DNA of 64,000 bases, taken from positions 682,959 to 746,958 of the forward strand of contig CAVQCI010000003.1 of assembly GCA_963710985.1 (NCBI GenBank). Direction: 5' to 3'. Shown piece after piece: positions 9,738 through 19,900 of this stretch. A model generated the notes under the pieces. That model did not search any database. It saw only the letters and a list, made by a program, of their open reading frames with translations, and was not told where the DNA came from. This stretch comes from an uncultured Actinomycetes bacterium. GTDB taxonomy: Bacteria > Actinomycetota > UBA4738 > HRBIN12. The position numbers and the translations under genes were made by a program. The first letter of the stretch is position 1. Every line of letters begins with the position of its first letter.

Positions 9738-12700
9738 ATGCAGACCGACGCGCAGACCGACCCCGTCCTCCAGGCGGTCCTGGAGAAGATCGACCTCGAG
9801 GCACCCACCGATCGGCGGGAGGCACGCCGGGCCTTCGCCAAGGCGTTCCTGCGCCGGATCGACGAGGACGAACGCAAGGAGCTGGGGGTGGACCGGCTCT
9901 CCGCGACGGCCTCCTCAGCCTTCGCGTTCGCCGACTCCCGCGGCGGCGCCGAGGCGATCGTGCGCGTGTTCGTCCCGACGATGGGCGAGTGCGGCTACGA
10001 CGCGGCCGGCACGATCGTCGAGACCAACACCGACGACTGTCCGTTCCTGGTCGACTCCGTCCACGAGGAGCTGTCGGCGCGCGAGTTGCACGTCCGTCGA
10101 GTGTTGCACCCGGTGATCGGGACCGAGCGCGACCCCGAGGGACGTCTGCGGACCGTCACGTCCGGGAGGGGAGCAGCGCATCGCGAATCGGTGATGCATT
10201 TCGAGCTGGACCGTCTGCTCGACGACGCCGAGCGTGCGGACCTGCAGGCGCGTGTCTCCACGATCCTGCACGACGTGCACCTGGTCGTGCGGGATTTCGA
10301 GCCGATGCAGGAGCAGGTGCGGCACATGATGGACGTCGCCCACGCGTCCACCCCGCGCTACTCGGCCGAGGAGATCGCCGAGACCGTCGATTTCCTCGCC
10401 TGGCTCTTGCCCGTGAACTTCGTACTGCTCGGGTATCGGGAATACGACGTCTTCGACACGCCGCAGGGCCGAGCGATCCGGGCCGTGCCCGGCTCCGGCC
10501 TCGGGATCCTCACCGACGTGTCGCGCTCCTCGCTCGCGGACGTGACGCTGCTGTCGTCGCTGCCGCCCGATGTGGCCGCCCGGATCGAGGACGGCGACCT
10601 GTTGTTCGTGAGCAAGACGAACGCGTCCTCCACCGTCCACCGCCGGGCCCGGATGGACTACATCGGCGTGCGCCGGATCGACGAGGCGGGCAACGTCGTG
10701 GGCGAGGCGCGCCTGATCGGCCTGTTCACCAGCCGCGCCTACATGGCGCCCGCCGAGCGGACCCCGCTCCTGCACCACAAGCTCGACCAGATCACGGCCG
10801 CCGAGGACCTGATACGCGGACTCCTACGACTACAAGGCGGTCGTCGCGCTGTTCGAGTCGTTCCCGAAGGACGAGCTGTTCCAGGCGACGAGCGAGGAGC
10901 TCCGCACGCTCGTGATGGAGCTCCTGCGATCCGACGAGCAGCGGGGGATCCGCGTCCTGATCCGCAAGGACATCTACGCACGGCAGGTCTCGGTGGTGGT
11001 GGCGTTGCCGCGCGAACGGTTCAGCACGATCCTGCGCAAGCGGTTGCAGCGGATGTTCCTGGAGCGGTTCAACGGTTCGAGCGTCGACTACCACCTGTCG
11101 CTCGGGGAGACCGAATCGGCCCGGATCTTCTTCACGATCCACGTGGCCGAGGGCGCGCACATCCCGGAGATCCCGTACGAGCTGCTCGAGGCCGAGGTCG
11201 AGCAGCTTGCCCGCACCTGGGACGACGACCTGCTCGACGCCCTCACGGCGCGGGTAGGCGCCGAACGGGCAACCTACCTCGCCGCGAAGTACGCGCCGCG
11301 GTTCCCGGACTACTACAAGACGTCGGACTCCGAGTGGCCGCTCGTGGTCGAGGACGTGTTGCATCTCGAGGAGCTGGAGTCGACGCGGGACGGGTTCGTG
11401 CTCGGGATCGGCAACGAGCAGTCCGGCGAACGCCTCACGCGCGTGAAGCTCTACAAGACCGGCGGCAAGGTCGACCTGTCCGCGTTCATGCCGCTGTTGG
11501 AGTCGCTCGGGCTGCGTGCGATCGAGGAGATCCCGGTGCAGCTCCGTGGCGAGGGCAGGGCGTACATCCACGACTTCGGCGTGCTGGACGCACGCGGCGC
11601 GGTCCTGAACCTCGAGACCGAGGCCGAGCGGGTCGTGGAGGCGCTGGGCGCGATGTGGCGGGGCGAGGCCATCGTGGACTCGCTCAACCGCCTCGTGAGC
11701 TTCGCGGGGATCGCCTGGCACCAGGTGCAGGTCCTGCGCGCTTACCGCCGGTACCGCTCGACGGTTTCGTCGCGGTTCACCGAGGAGTACCGCAACGACG
11801 CGATGGCCGAGCATCCGCACATCGCGTTCCGCCTGGTGCGGCTGTTCGAGGCGAAGTTCGACCCTGCGCGCAACGCGACGCCCGAGGAGGTCGCAGAGAT
11901 CAAGCGGCAGATCCTCACCGACCTGCGCGAGGTCGTGTCGCTCGATCAGGACACGATCTTCCGCAGCTTCCTGGGGACGATCGAGGCAACGGTCCGCACG
12001 AACGCGTTCCGTCCGGACCGCGCCGCCCTTGCGTTCAAGCTCCGCTCCGCGGACGTGCCGGGGATGCCCAAGCCGTACCCGCTGTTCGAGATCTTCGTCT
12101 ATTCGCCGGAGATGGAGGCGATCCACCTGCGCGGCGGGATGGTCGCGCGCGGCGGGATCCGCTGGTCCGAGCGGAAGGAGGACTACCGCACGGAGGTCCT
12201 CGGGCTGATGAAGGCGCAGAAGGTGAAGAACGCCGTGATCGTGCCCGACGGGTCCAAGGGTGGGTTCGTGTTGAAGCACCAGCCGGTGGCCCCGGACGAA
12301 CTGAAGAGAGAGGTCGTCGCCCAGTACGTCACCTTCATGGACGCGATGCTCGATGTCACCGACAACCTGATCGGCGGCGAGATCGTCCACCCCGACGGCG
12401 TGCGTGCGCTCGACGGCCCCGACCCCTACCTGGTCGTCGCGGCGGACAAGGGCACGGCGACGTTCTCCGACATCGCGAACGGGGTGGCCGAACGCTACGG
12501 CTTCTGGCTCGGCGACGCGTTCGCGTCGGGCGGGTCTGCCGGCTACGACCACAAGGCGCTCGGTATCACGGCGCGCGGCGCGTGGGAGTCCGTCAAGCGG
12601 CATTTCCGCGAGCTCGCGGTCGAGGTGATGCGCGACGACTTCACGGTGGTCGGGATCGGCGACATGTCGGGGGACGTCTTCGGCAACGGCCTCCTGTACA

Positions 12701-14538
12701 CGGAACGCTCGCGGCTCGTGGCGGCCTTCGACCATCGCCACCTGTTCCTGGACCCCGACCCCGATCCGGTGGCCTCGTTCGCCGAGCGGCGCCGCCTCTT
12801 CGCGCTTCCCGGCTCGTCGTGGAACGACTACGACCGCGCCATGTTGTCGGCCGGCGGCGAGGTGATCGACCGCAAGGCGAAGAGCTGCACGCCGTCGCCG
12901 CAGGCTCGCGCCGTGCTCGGGATCGCCGAGGACGCGCCGCAGGAGATGACCCCGAACGAACTGATCCGCTGCATCCTGCGGGCCCCGGTCGACCTGCTGT
13001 GGAACGGTGGGATCGGGACCTACGTGAAGTCCGCGCGGGAGACCCACGCGGAGGTGGGCGACCGTACGAACGACCCGCTGCGCGTGAACGGCGGCGAGCT
13101 CCGCGCGAAGGTCGTCGGCGAGGGGGGGAACCTCGGGTTCACCCAGCGGGGCCGGATCGAGTACGCCCGGGTCGCCGGCCGGATCAACACCGATTTCATC
13201 GATAACTCCGCCGGGGTGGACACTTCCGACCACGAGGTCAACTGGAAGATCCTGCTTGGCCTCGCGATCCAGCGGGGCGAGCTCACGCTCGAGGAGCGCA
13301 ACGATCTGCTCCAGGGCTGCGCGCCCGACGTCGTCCAGCACGTCTTGTACGACAACTACCTGCAGGCGCAGATCCTCTCGCAGGAGGAAGAGGTCTCGGG
13401 GCACCGGATCGAGGCATACGAGGACCTGATGCAGCAGCTCGAGGTCGACGGCGAGCTCGAGCGCGAGGTCGAGTTCCTTCCCACCACCGAGGAGATGCTC
13501 GAACGGCGAACCTCCGGCGCCCCGATGACCCGCCCGGAGCTGTCGGTGTTGCTCGCCTACGCGAAACGCTCCGTCTACACGGCGCTGCTCTCGAGCGACC
13601 TGCCCGACACCGAGTACCTCGCCGCGGACCTGCACAGGTACTTCCCCCCGGCGATCGTCTCGCGGTTCGGCCACCTGCTGCCCGAGCACCCGCTGCGACG
13701 CGAGCTGATCGCGACGATCGCCGCGAACGACGTCGTGAACTCCCAGGGGATCACGTTCGTCTCGCGGATGGTGAACGAGACCGGCACGCACGCCGCCGAC
13801 GTCGTGCGGGCGTTCCGGATCGCGCGCGACGTCTCGGGCGCGGTCCAGCGCTGGGCCGACATCGAGGCGCTCGACGGCGTGATCGAGCCGCACGTGCAGA
13901 ACGAGCTGCTCGCCGGGGTGGACTGGCTGGTCGAGACCACCTCACGTTGGTACCTCGTCCAGGCTGCCGGCCAACGGCTCGCCGAGGCGGTCGCCGAGTC
14001 CCGCGAGGCATTCGCGGAGCTCTCCGAGGCGCTCGACGAGATAGGACCCGAAGCCTGGCGGGAGGAGCACGCCGCCGTCGAGCGCGAGCTCGTGGCGATC
14101 GGCGTGCCGCACACCGTGGCCCGGCGGCACGCGTTCCAGCCGGAGCTGGTCCACGCGCCCGACATCGTCGCCGTTGCCCATGCCACGGGGCGTTCGGTGC
14201 TCGAGGTCGCCCGCGGGTTCTTCCTGCTCGGCGAACGGCTGCGGATCGACTGGCTCGAGCAGCGGCTCGAGGAGCTCGCGACCGGCTCGCGCTGGCAGCG
14301 CTGGGCACGACAGAGCACCGAGGACGACCTCCTGGCGGTCCGCCGCCAGCTCTGCGAGCACGTCCTGGCCAACGCGGGCGGCGCCCCGATCGACGCCGCC
14401 GTCGACGCCTTCTTGGAGCTGCACGCCGAACGCGTCGAACGGCTGCAGCGATTCATGCACGCCCTGTCCGTCGAGGGCGTGACGGACCTGTCCCAGCTCA
14501 CGGTCGCGCTGCGGCAGATCCGCGCGCTGGCCGGCTGA
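9738..14538 (+). pseudogene. gdh: Large (~1600 aa) NAD-specific glutamate dehydrogenase, one frame break
   Basis: The first ~362 aa run from ATG 9738 in the frame of ORF 8907..13205 (MQTDAQTDPVLQAVLEKI...HHKLDQITAAEDLI). The remaining ~1237 aa lie in the frame of ORF 10912..14538 (YDYKAVVALFESFPKDELF...GGIRWSERKEDYRTEVLGLMKAQ...). Break near 10815-10826. Confidence 0.85.
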
Positions 14539-14542
14539 GTGC

Positions 14543-14728
14543 CTACCGCGCGACCAGCTTGCGGACGGCGCCGGCCGCCGGCGTCAGGATCGACTCGTGG
14601 CCGTCGTCCCACCGGACGCGGTAGGACACGGTCGCCCCGTGGATCACCTCCAAGATCTCGCCTTCACGCTCGTGTTGACCGACCCGCTCGGTCTCGACCG
14701 CGATCCGGTCACCGACGCTGATGTCCAC
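14543..14728 (-). CDS. DUF1918 domain protein
   Basis: GTG 14728 lies 6 nt after GGGAGG. VDISVGDRIAVETERVGQHEREGEILEVIHGATVSYRVRWDDGHESILTP matches the small SH3-like DUF1918 pattern. Confidence 0.65.
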   Translation of the reverse strand: MDISVGDRIAVETERVGQHEREGEILEVIHGATVSYRVRWDDGHESILTPAAGAVRKLVAR

Positions 14729-14836
14729 GATGCACCTCCCGATGGCCGCCGCCTGCACGCTACCGCCGCGCGGACGAGAAGGGGAAGGGCCGGTCGGCCG
14801 TAGGACGCAGGTCCCGGGGCCGGTGTGCGGCGGCGC

Positions 14837-15289
14837 TCAGCCGCCGTAGAGGTCGAGGGTGATCCAGTAGGCGCGGTGCGCGTAGACGACCCCGACGCCC
14901 GCGTGGCGGAACCTCCTGTTCACGAGGTTCGCGAGGTGCGGCGCGCTCTTGGTCCAGGCCTTGAAGACGGCCCAGATCGACCCTCCCATCCCGACGTTCT
15001 CGCCCCACGTGCTGCCGCCGCGGCGCTTCACCTTGGTGCCGAGCAAGGAGCTGTGGAACAGCGTCCGCTCGGTAGCCATCCTCTCCGAGTGCCGCCAGGC
15101 GAACTTCGAGAGGACCGGGTCGTTCTGGAGGACCGGGAGTCCCTTCGACCTGCGGAAATCGTTCAGGAAGCCGTACAGCTTGTGCCGGTAGCGCACAGCG
15201 CGAGTCGTTGCGAGGGACTGCCCGTCGGTGGCGAACAGCAGGGCCACCACCAACGCGACGATGAGGACGATCCGGGGGCTGGTCCGCAT
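14837..15289 (-). CDS. Secreted CAP/SCP/PR-1 domain protein
   Basis: Intact 150-aa ORF with N-terminal signal/TM MRTSPRIVLIVALVVALLFA. CAP-like blocks: LSKFAWRHSERMA, HSS, GENVG, HLANLVNRRFRHAGVGV. Confidence 0.7.
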   Translation of the reverse strand: MRTSPRIVLIVALVVALLFATDGQSLATTRAVRYRHKLYGFLNDFRRSKGLPVLQNDPVLSKFAWRHSERMATERTLFHSSLLGTKVKRRGGSTWGENVGMGGSIWAVFKAWTKSAPHLANLVNRRFRHAGVGVVYAHRAYWITLDLYGG

Positions 15290-15417
15290 GCGCGAAGGCC
15301 CTACCCTAGCGAACTTCGGCCGGATCGGCCACCACCCCCGCCTCTGCGATCGCCGGAGGGCGGCAGCGCCCTGGCGAGCTCCCGGCGCGACGCGCGCCTG
15401 CCGGTACCATCCCGACG

Positions 15418-16565
15418 ATGCCCCGTCGTTCGACGGTCCTCCTGATCGTGGCCCTGTGGTCGCTGTCGCTGTCCGCCCCCGTCCGCGCGGCGACGAGCGG
15501 CGCGGACGTGTCGGTGACGGCGTCGGCCTCGGCCGACCCGGTGCTCCGCGGACGGGACTTCGCGTACACGATCGTGGTCGCCGACACGGGACCGCTCGAC
15601 GCCACGAGCGTGTCGGTGGTCGCGACGCTTCCCGCTGAGGTGTCCCTCGTCGACGCCGCGGGCTGCGGGGTCTCGGAGGCGACCGTCACGTGCTCCTGGG
15701 CGACGATCGTTGCCGGTCAGAGCGGGTCGAGGACCCTCGGCGTCCATGCAGACGCGCACGGCACGGCCACGCTCGGGGTCAGCGTGAGCGCCGCCGAGAG
15801 CGACCCGGATGCGAGCAACGACGCCGCGACGGAGACCACCGTGATCCTGGGTCCGACCGACTGCACGGTGCGCGACGACGCGGAGACCGGGCTCGTGATC
15901 GGCACGCCCGGCACCGACGTGCTATGTGGCCTCGCCGGCGATGACCTGATCGAGGCGGTCGGCGGCGACGACCTCGTGGTCGGCGGGCCCGGGAACGACA
16001 TCGTCGCCTACCCGAACGCGACCGTGCCGGTCGCGATCAACCTCACGACGCGGCGGGCGCGGATCGGCGGGGCGCGAGCCGATCTCCTGTCGGTCGAGGG
16101 TGCGTTCGGCGGACACAAGGCCGACGTCTTGGTCGGGAACGGGGCGCCGAACCTCCTCGGCGGCCTGGGCGGCAACGACCTGATCGACGGCCGGGGCGGC
16201 GCTGACACCGCCGACTACCACTTCTGCCTGGGGTCGGGCTGCCGCCTGCGCGGTGTCTCCGTCGATCTGGCGGCCGGCGTCGCGACGGGTTCGGGCGTGG
16301 GCACCGACACCCTGCGGGGATCGAGAACGTCAACGGCTCGAGCGGAGGGTCCGACCGTTTGCTGGGCGACGCGAAGACGAACGTCCTGTGGGGCTACGGC
16401 GGACACGACCGGCTCATGGGGCGCCGCGGAAGCGACGTGCTGTGGGGCATGCTCGACGGCGACCGGCTCGAGGGAGGTCCGGGTGTGGACTTCCTGGACG
16501 GCGGTCTCGGCCACGACCGCTGCGCGGGCGGTCCGGGGATCGACGTGCTCGTGTCTTGCCCCTGA
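15418..16565 (+). pseudogene. Secreted DUF11-repeat / RTX-like calcium-binding-repeat protein, one frame break
   Basis: Signal peptide MPRRSTVLLIVALWSLSLSAPVRAA, then a DUF11-type module (DVSVTASASADPV...NDAATETTVI) and GGxGxD-type repeats (GGDDLVVGGPGNDIV, GGLGGNDLIDGRGGADT). The C-terminus IENVNGSSGGSDRLLGDAKTNVLWGYGGHDRLMG continues in the frame of ORF 16359..16565. Break ~16317-16322. Confidence 0.65.
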
Positions 16566-16595
16566 GGGGACAGCCGCCCGGTACGGTTGGATGCC

Positions 16596-17813
16596 ATGAC
16601 GGATCGCGCCGACGTGGTCGTGATCGGTGGCGGGCTCGTGGGCCTCGCCACCGCCTACCGCCTGCTCCAGGCGCGCCCCGGCGCCAGGGTGCTGGTGATG
16701 GAGAAGGAGCAGGGGGTGGCGCGCCACCAGAGCGGACGCAACTCAGGGGTGCTCCACAGTGGTCTGTACTACGCGCCGGGGACCTGGCGCGCCCTGTCCT
16801 GCCGTCGCGCCAAGGAGACGCTCGAGGTGTTCGCCGAGGAGCACGGGGTCGCGTGGCGCCGGTGCGGGAAGCTCGTTGTCGCGATCGAGCCCGCCGAGGT
16901 GGCTCGGCTGGAGGCGCTGCGAGAGCGGGGCGAAGCCAACGGGTTGCGGGGGCTCACACTCCTCGCGCCGGGCGAGTGGACGCAGATCGAGCCCGACGTC
17001 CGCGGGCTCCGCGCGTTGCACGTGCCCGAGACCGGAGTGATCGACTTCGCGGGGGTCGCGGCGGCGCTCGTCCGCGAGATCGGCACGGCAGGCGGTGAGG
17101 TCCGGACCGGGACAGAGGTGCTCGGGATCGAGCCCTCGGGTGACCGCCAGCTCGTGCGGACCTCCCTCGGCGACGTCCTCGCGCGCGGCGTCGCGGCGTG
17201 CGCGGGACTCCGGTCCGATCGGGTGGCGGCGATGAACGGTGTCCGCGACGCGCGGCGGATCGTCCCGTTCCGCGGCGCCTACCTGCGCCTGCGTGAGGAC
17301 GCGGCGGCGCGTGTCCGCGGCCTCGTCTATCCGGTCCCGGCTCCGGGACTGCCGTTCCTCGGGGTCCATCTGACCCGCCGGATCGACGACGAGGTCTGGG
17401 CAGGCCCGAACGCGACGCTCGCGTTCGCGCGCGAGGGCTACGGACGCTGGTCGCTCGATGCCGAGGATCTGCGCGACGCCCTCGGGTACGCCGGGTTGTG
17501 GCGCCTCGCCTTGCGTCACTGCGGCGAGGCCATCAGGGAGTACCGACGCGACGCGTCGGTGGCGGCGACCGCCCGCGCGATCGCCCGGTACCTTCCGGGC
17601 GTGACCGCTGCCGACCTCGAGCCGGCGACCGCGGGCAATCGCGCCCAGCTGCTCGCTCCGGACGGCACCCTGGTGGACGACTTCGACCTGCAGGAGGCGC
17701 CCGGCGCGATCCACGTCCGCAACGCGCCGTCTCCCGCCGCGACCGCATGCCTCGCGATCGGCGAGGTCGTCGCCGGGCGCGCCGCCGCGCGGTTCCTGGC
17801 CGCACGGTCTTAG
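16596..17813 (+). CDS. lhgO: L-2-hydroxyglutarate oxidase/dehydrogenase (FAD)
   Basis: Intact ORF. Blocks: DVVVIGGGLVGLATAY, EKEQGVARHQSGRNSGVLHSGLYY, VPFRGAYL, IHVRNAPSPAATA, characteristic of LhgO/YgaF. Confidence 0.8.
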   Translation: MTDRADVVVIGGGLVGLATAYRLLQARPGARVLVMEKEQGVARHQSGRNSGVLHSGLYYAPGTWRALSCRRAKETLEVFAEEHGVAWRRCGKLVVAIEPAEVARLEALRERGEANGLRGLTLLAPGEWTQIEPDVRGLRALHVPETGVIDFAGVAAALVREIGTAGGEVRTGTEVLGIEPSGDRQLVRTSLGDVLARGVAACAGLRSDRVAAMNGVRDARRIVPFRGAYLRLREDAAARVRGLVYPVPAPGLPFLGVHLTRRIDDEVWAGPNATLAFAREGYGRWSLDAEDLRDALGYAGLWRLALRHCGEAIREYRRDASVAATARAIARYLPGVTAADLEPATAGNRAQLLAPDGTLVDDFDLQEAPGAIHVRNAPSPAATACLAIGEVVAGRAAARFLAARS

Positions 17814-18031
17814 CGGGGCGGCGGCGGCTGGGAACGGTCCGCCGCCGGGGGCTTCGGGCCGATGATGAGCGCGACGATGAGCCCGATGAGCGGGAAGAAG
17901 AACCCCAGCAGGAACCAGCCGACCTTCTCAGCGCTGGTGTCGCGACCGTTGTTCGCGGCGATGATCATCGTGACCGCACCGAACACGATGGGGATGACGA
18001 GGAAGAGCACGACGATCCATTCGGGACCCAT
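17810..18031 (-). CDS. Small two-TM membrane protein
   Basis: 73-aa ORF preceded by GGGAGG. Two hydrophobic helices (WIVVLFLVIPIVFGAVTMII, GWFLLGFFFPLIGLIVALII) and a Pro-rich tail. Confidence 0.55.
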   Translation of the reverse strand: MGPEWIVVLFLVIPIVFGAVTMIIAANNGRDTSAEKVGWFLLGFFFPLIGLIVALIIGPKPPAADRSQPPPPR

Positions 18032-18137
18032 GTTCCTCCCTTTCGCTGACGTTCACTGGGCGCGGCGTTGGTGTATGCGTCGCCAGGATGCTGCAAGGGG
18101 AAGCGTCACACAAGGTGCGAACGAGCCCGATGACGCG

Positions 18138-18619
18138 TCAGAGCTTGTAGCCGAAGGTCCGCAGCAGCTGCTTGCGCTCTTCGACGTCCTCGTCGGTCTC
18201 GATCCCGAGTGGCCGTTCGCCGTCGATCACGCCCAAGATCCGCGTCCCTGGTCCGTCTCGCCGACCACGACCTCGACCGCATTCGCGCTCGCGCAGAAGA
18301 TCCGACACACCTCGGGTACCTGCTTCACGGCGTTCAGCACGTTCACAGGGAACCCGTCGCGCAGGAACACCAGGAAGGAATGGCCGGCGCCGATCGCCTC
18401 GGCGTTGCGACCCGCGAGCGCCACGAGGTCCGCGTCGTTGCCGGAGATCCGGACGAGGCGCTTGCCCGAGGCCTCGCAGAACGCGATCCCGAACTTGAGG
18501 GACGGCGAGGATCCGGCGAGGGTCTCGTGGAGGTCCTCGACCGTCTTGATGAAGTGCGACTGTCCGAGGATCAGGTTCAGCTCCTCGGGGTTCTCGATCG
18601 GCACGGTGGTCAGCTCCAC
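18138..18619 (-). pseudogene. Adenosine-specific kinase family (PF04008-like) protein, one frame break
   Basis: GTG 18619 follows GAAGGAGG. VELTTVPIENPEELNLILGQSHFIKTVEDLHETL...FCEASGKRLVRISGND...VPEVCRIFCASANAVEVVVGETDQGRG is followed by ILGVIDGERPLGIETDEDVEERKQLLRTFGYKL* in the frame of ORF 18138..18758. Break ~18236-18243. Confidence 0.7.
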
Positions 18620-18725
18620 GGTGGACCTCCTTCGTCGTGCGGTGCAGGCAGCGTAGCGGGGCGAACGGCCGCCCCGACTTCGGACGAGGGTGGCGCCGCC
18701 TGCACGGTGGCGTGACGGAGCGAGG

Positions 18726-18731
18726 TAGGCT
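18726..18731 (+). promoter_or_regulatory. -10-like hexamer TAGGCT upstream of the LppM-like gene
   Basis: gagGTAGGCTCGccgcaggatcgctccGAGGAGGcacggATG. The same GTAGGCTCG core recurs at 37077 and 38401. Confidence 0.35.
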
Positions 18732-18760
18732 CGCCGCAGGATCGCTCCGAGGAGGCACGG

Positions 18761-19878
18761 ATGAGAGGGATGCTCCGTACCGGCGCGCGGGTGCTCGCGT
18801 TCGCGGCGCTCGCGCTGCTGCTGTCGGGGTGCTTGAAGCTGGACGAGCACCTGACGCTCAAACCCGACAACACCGTCGACGGCACGGTGACGTTCGGTGT
18901 CAGCAAGCAGATGATCCAGATGACCGGGCAATCGGCGGACGACGTCTTGAGCCAGATGACCCAGAGCGACTCTCCCGTCCCCTCCGGCGTGGCGAACGTG
19001 CAGACGTCGGACTACTCCGACGACCAGTTCGTCGGCAAGACCTACACGTTCTCGGACGCGACCCTGGACCAGATCAACGGCCAGGGTGCCGACCTCACGA
19101 TCAAGCGTGACGGGGAAACCTTCGTCGTCGACGGGGCGCTCGACCTGTCGAGCGGCACGCAGTCCGGGATCGACCTGAACGACCCAACCACCAAGAGCCT
19201 GCTCCAGAGCTTCCAGGTCTCGGTCGCGATCACCTTCCCCGGCGCCGTCACCGACCCGGGGAGCGGCGCCGTGGACGGCAACACGGTGACCTGGACGCCG
19301 AAGATCGGCGAGACGACCCAGATCCACGCGGTCGGCAGCGCGATCGCGAGCAGCTCGAGCAACCTCTGGCTGTACGTGCTGATCGGCGTGGTCGTCCTGC
19401 TGGTGGTGATCGTGCTGGTCGTGCTCGCGTCGCGTCGGAACAAGGCTGTGCCGGCAAGCATGACCGGGTTCGAAACGACGCCCGAGGCGGCCTCGGCACC
19501 GGAAGGCGCTCCTGCCTCCGCCGCTCCGGGCGGCGAGCCGGGCACGCCCGCGATGACGGAGCCCGCGACAACCGAGCCGCGTCGACCGAGCCCGCGTCGA
19601 CCGAGCCCGCGACCACCGAGCCCGCGACCACCGAGCCCGCGACGACCGAGCCCGCCACGACCGAGCCCGTGATGCCGGCCCCGGCCGCTCCAGGCGTCCC
19701 CGCTGCACCGCGAACCCCGTCCCAACCGGTCGCGGATGCGCCGTCGGAGGGCGAGGTGCCCGCGGTGCCGGAGCCCCCTACGGAGGAACCGCCCGGCGAG
19801 GAACCGTCGGCTCCCGACACGCCGCCGCCGACGGAGACGCCGCCGGCGCCCGAGACACCGCCGCCGCCGCAGGGATGA
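18761..19878 (+). pseudogene. LppM-like (DUF3153-type) lipoprotein with C-terminal TM and TEPAT-repeat/Pro-rich tail, frame break inside the repeat
   Basis: Lipobox LLLSGC. TM WLYVLIGVVVLLVVIVLVVLA. The tail frame is lost at the 14-nt repeat unit (19571-19584). The restored frame reads TEPATTEPATTEP...VMPAPAAPGVPAAPRTPSQ...PPPPQG* (ORF 19669..19878). Confidence 0.6.
19556..19670 (+). repeat. 15-nt tandem repeat (about 7.7 copies) encoding TEPAT/TEPAS
   Basis: Units of accgagcccgcgacc type start at 19556, 19571, 19585, 19600, 19615, 19630, 19645 and 19660. The second unit is 14 nt (gagccgcg instead of gagcccgcg). Confidence 0.85.
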
Positions 19879-19900
19879 GCTCGATCGCGTTCCGCTGCGC

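Noticed and set aside
8907-13205. 1432-aa plus-strand ORF that looks like one giant protein
   Set aside because: It is a chimera. The first 277 codons are out of frame over the MTHFR domain. Codons from ATG 9738 are the true N-terminus of gdh. After about 10820 the frame is wrong and the real protein continues in ORF 10912..14538.
10792-13893. 1033-aa ORF on the minus strand opposite the glutamate dehydrogenase gene
   Set aside because: It is antisense to a strongly conserved CDS. The translation is Arg/Pro/Gly/Asp-rich low-complexity sequence with no family motifs. Long stop-free antisense frames are expected at about 72% GC.
14837-15289. Lower GC of the CAP-domain gene as a sign of horizontal acquisition
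   Set aside because: Hand count gives about 68% against about 72% for the surroundings. The difference is too small, and no flanking mobility genes or repeats are present.
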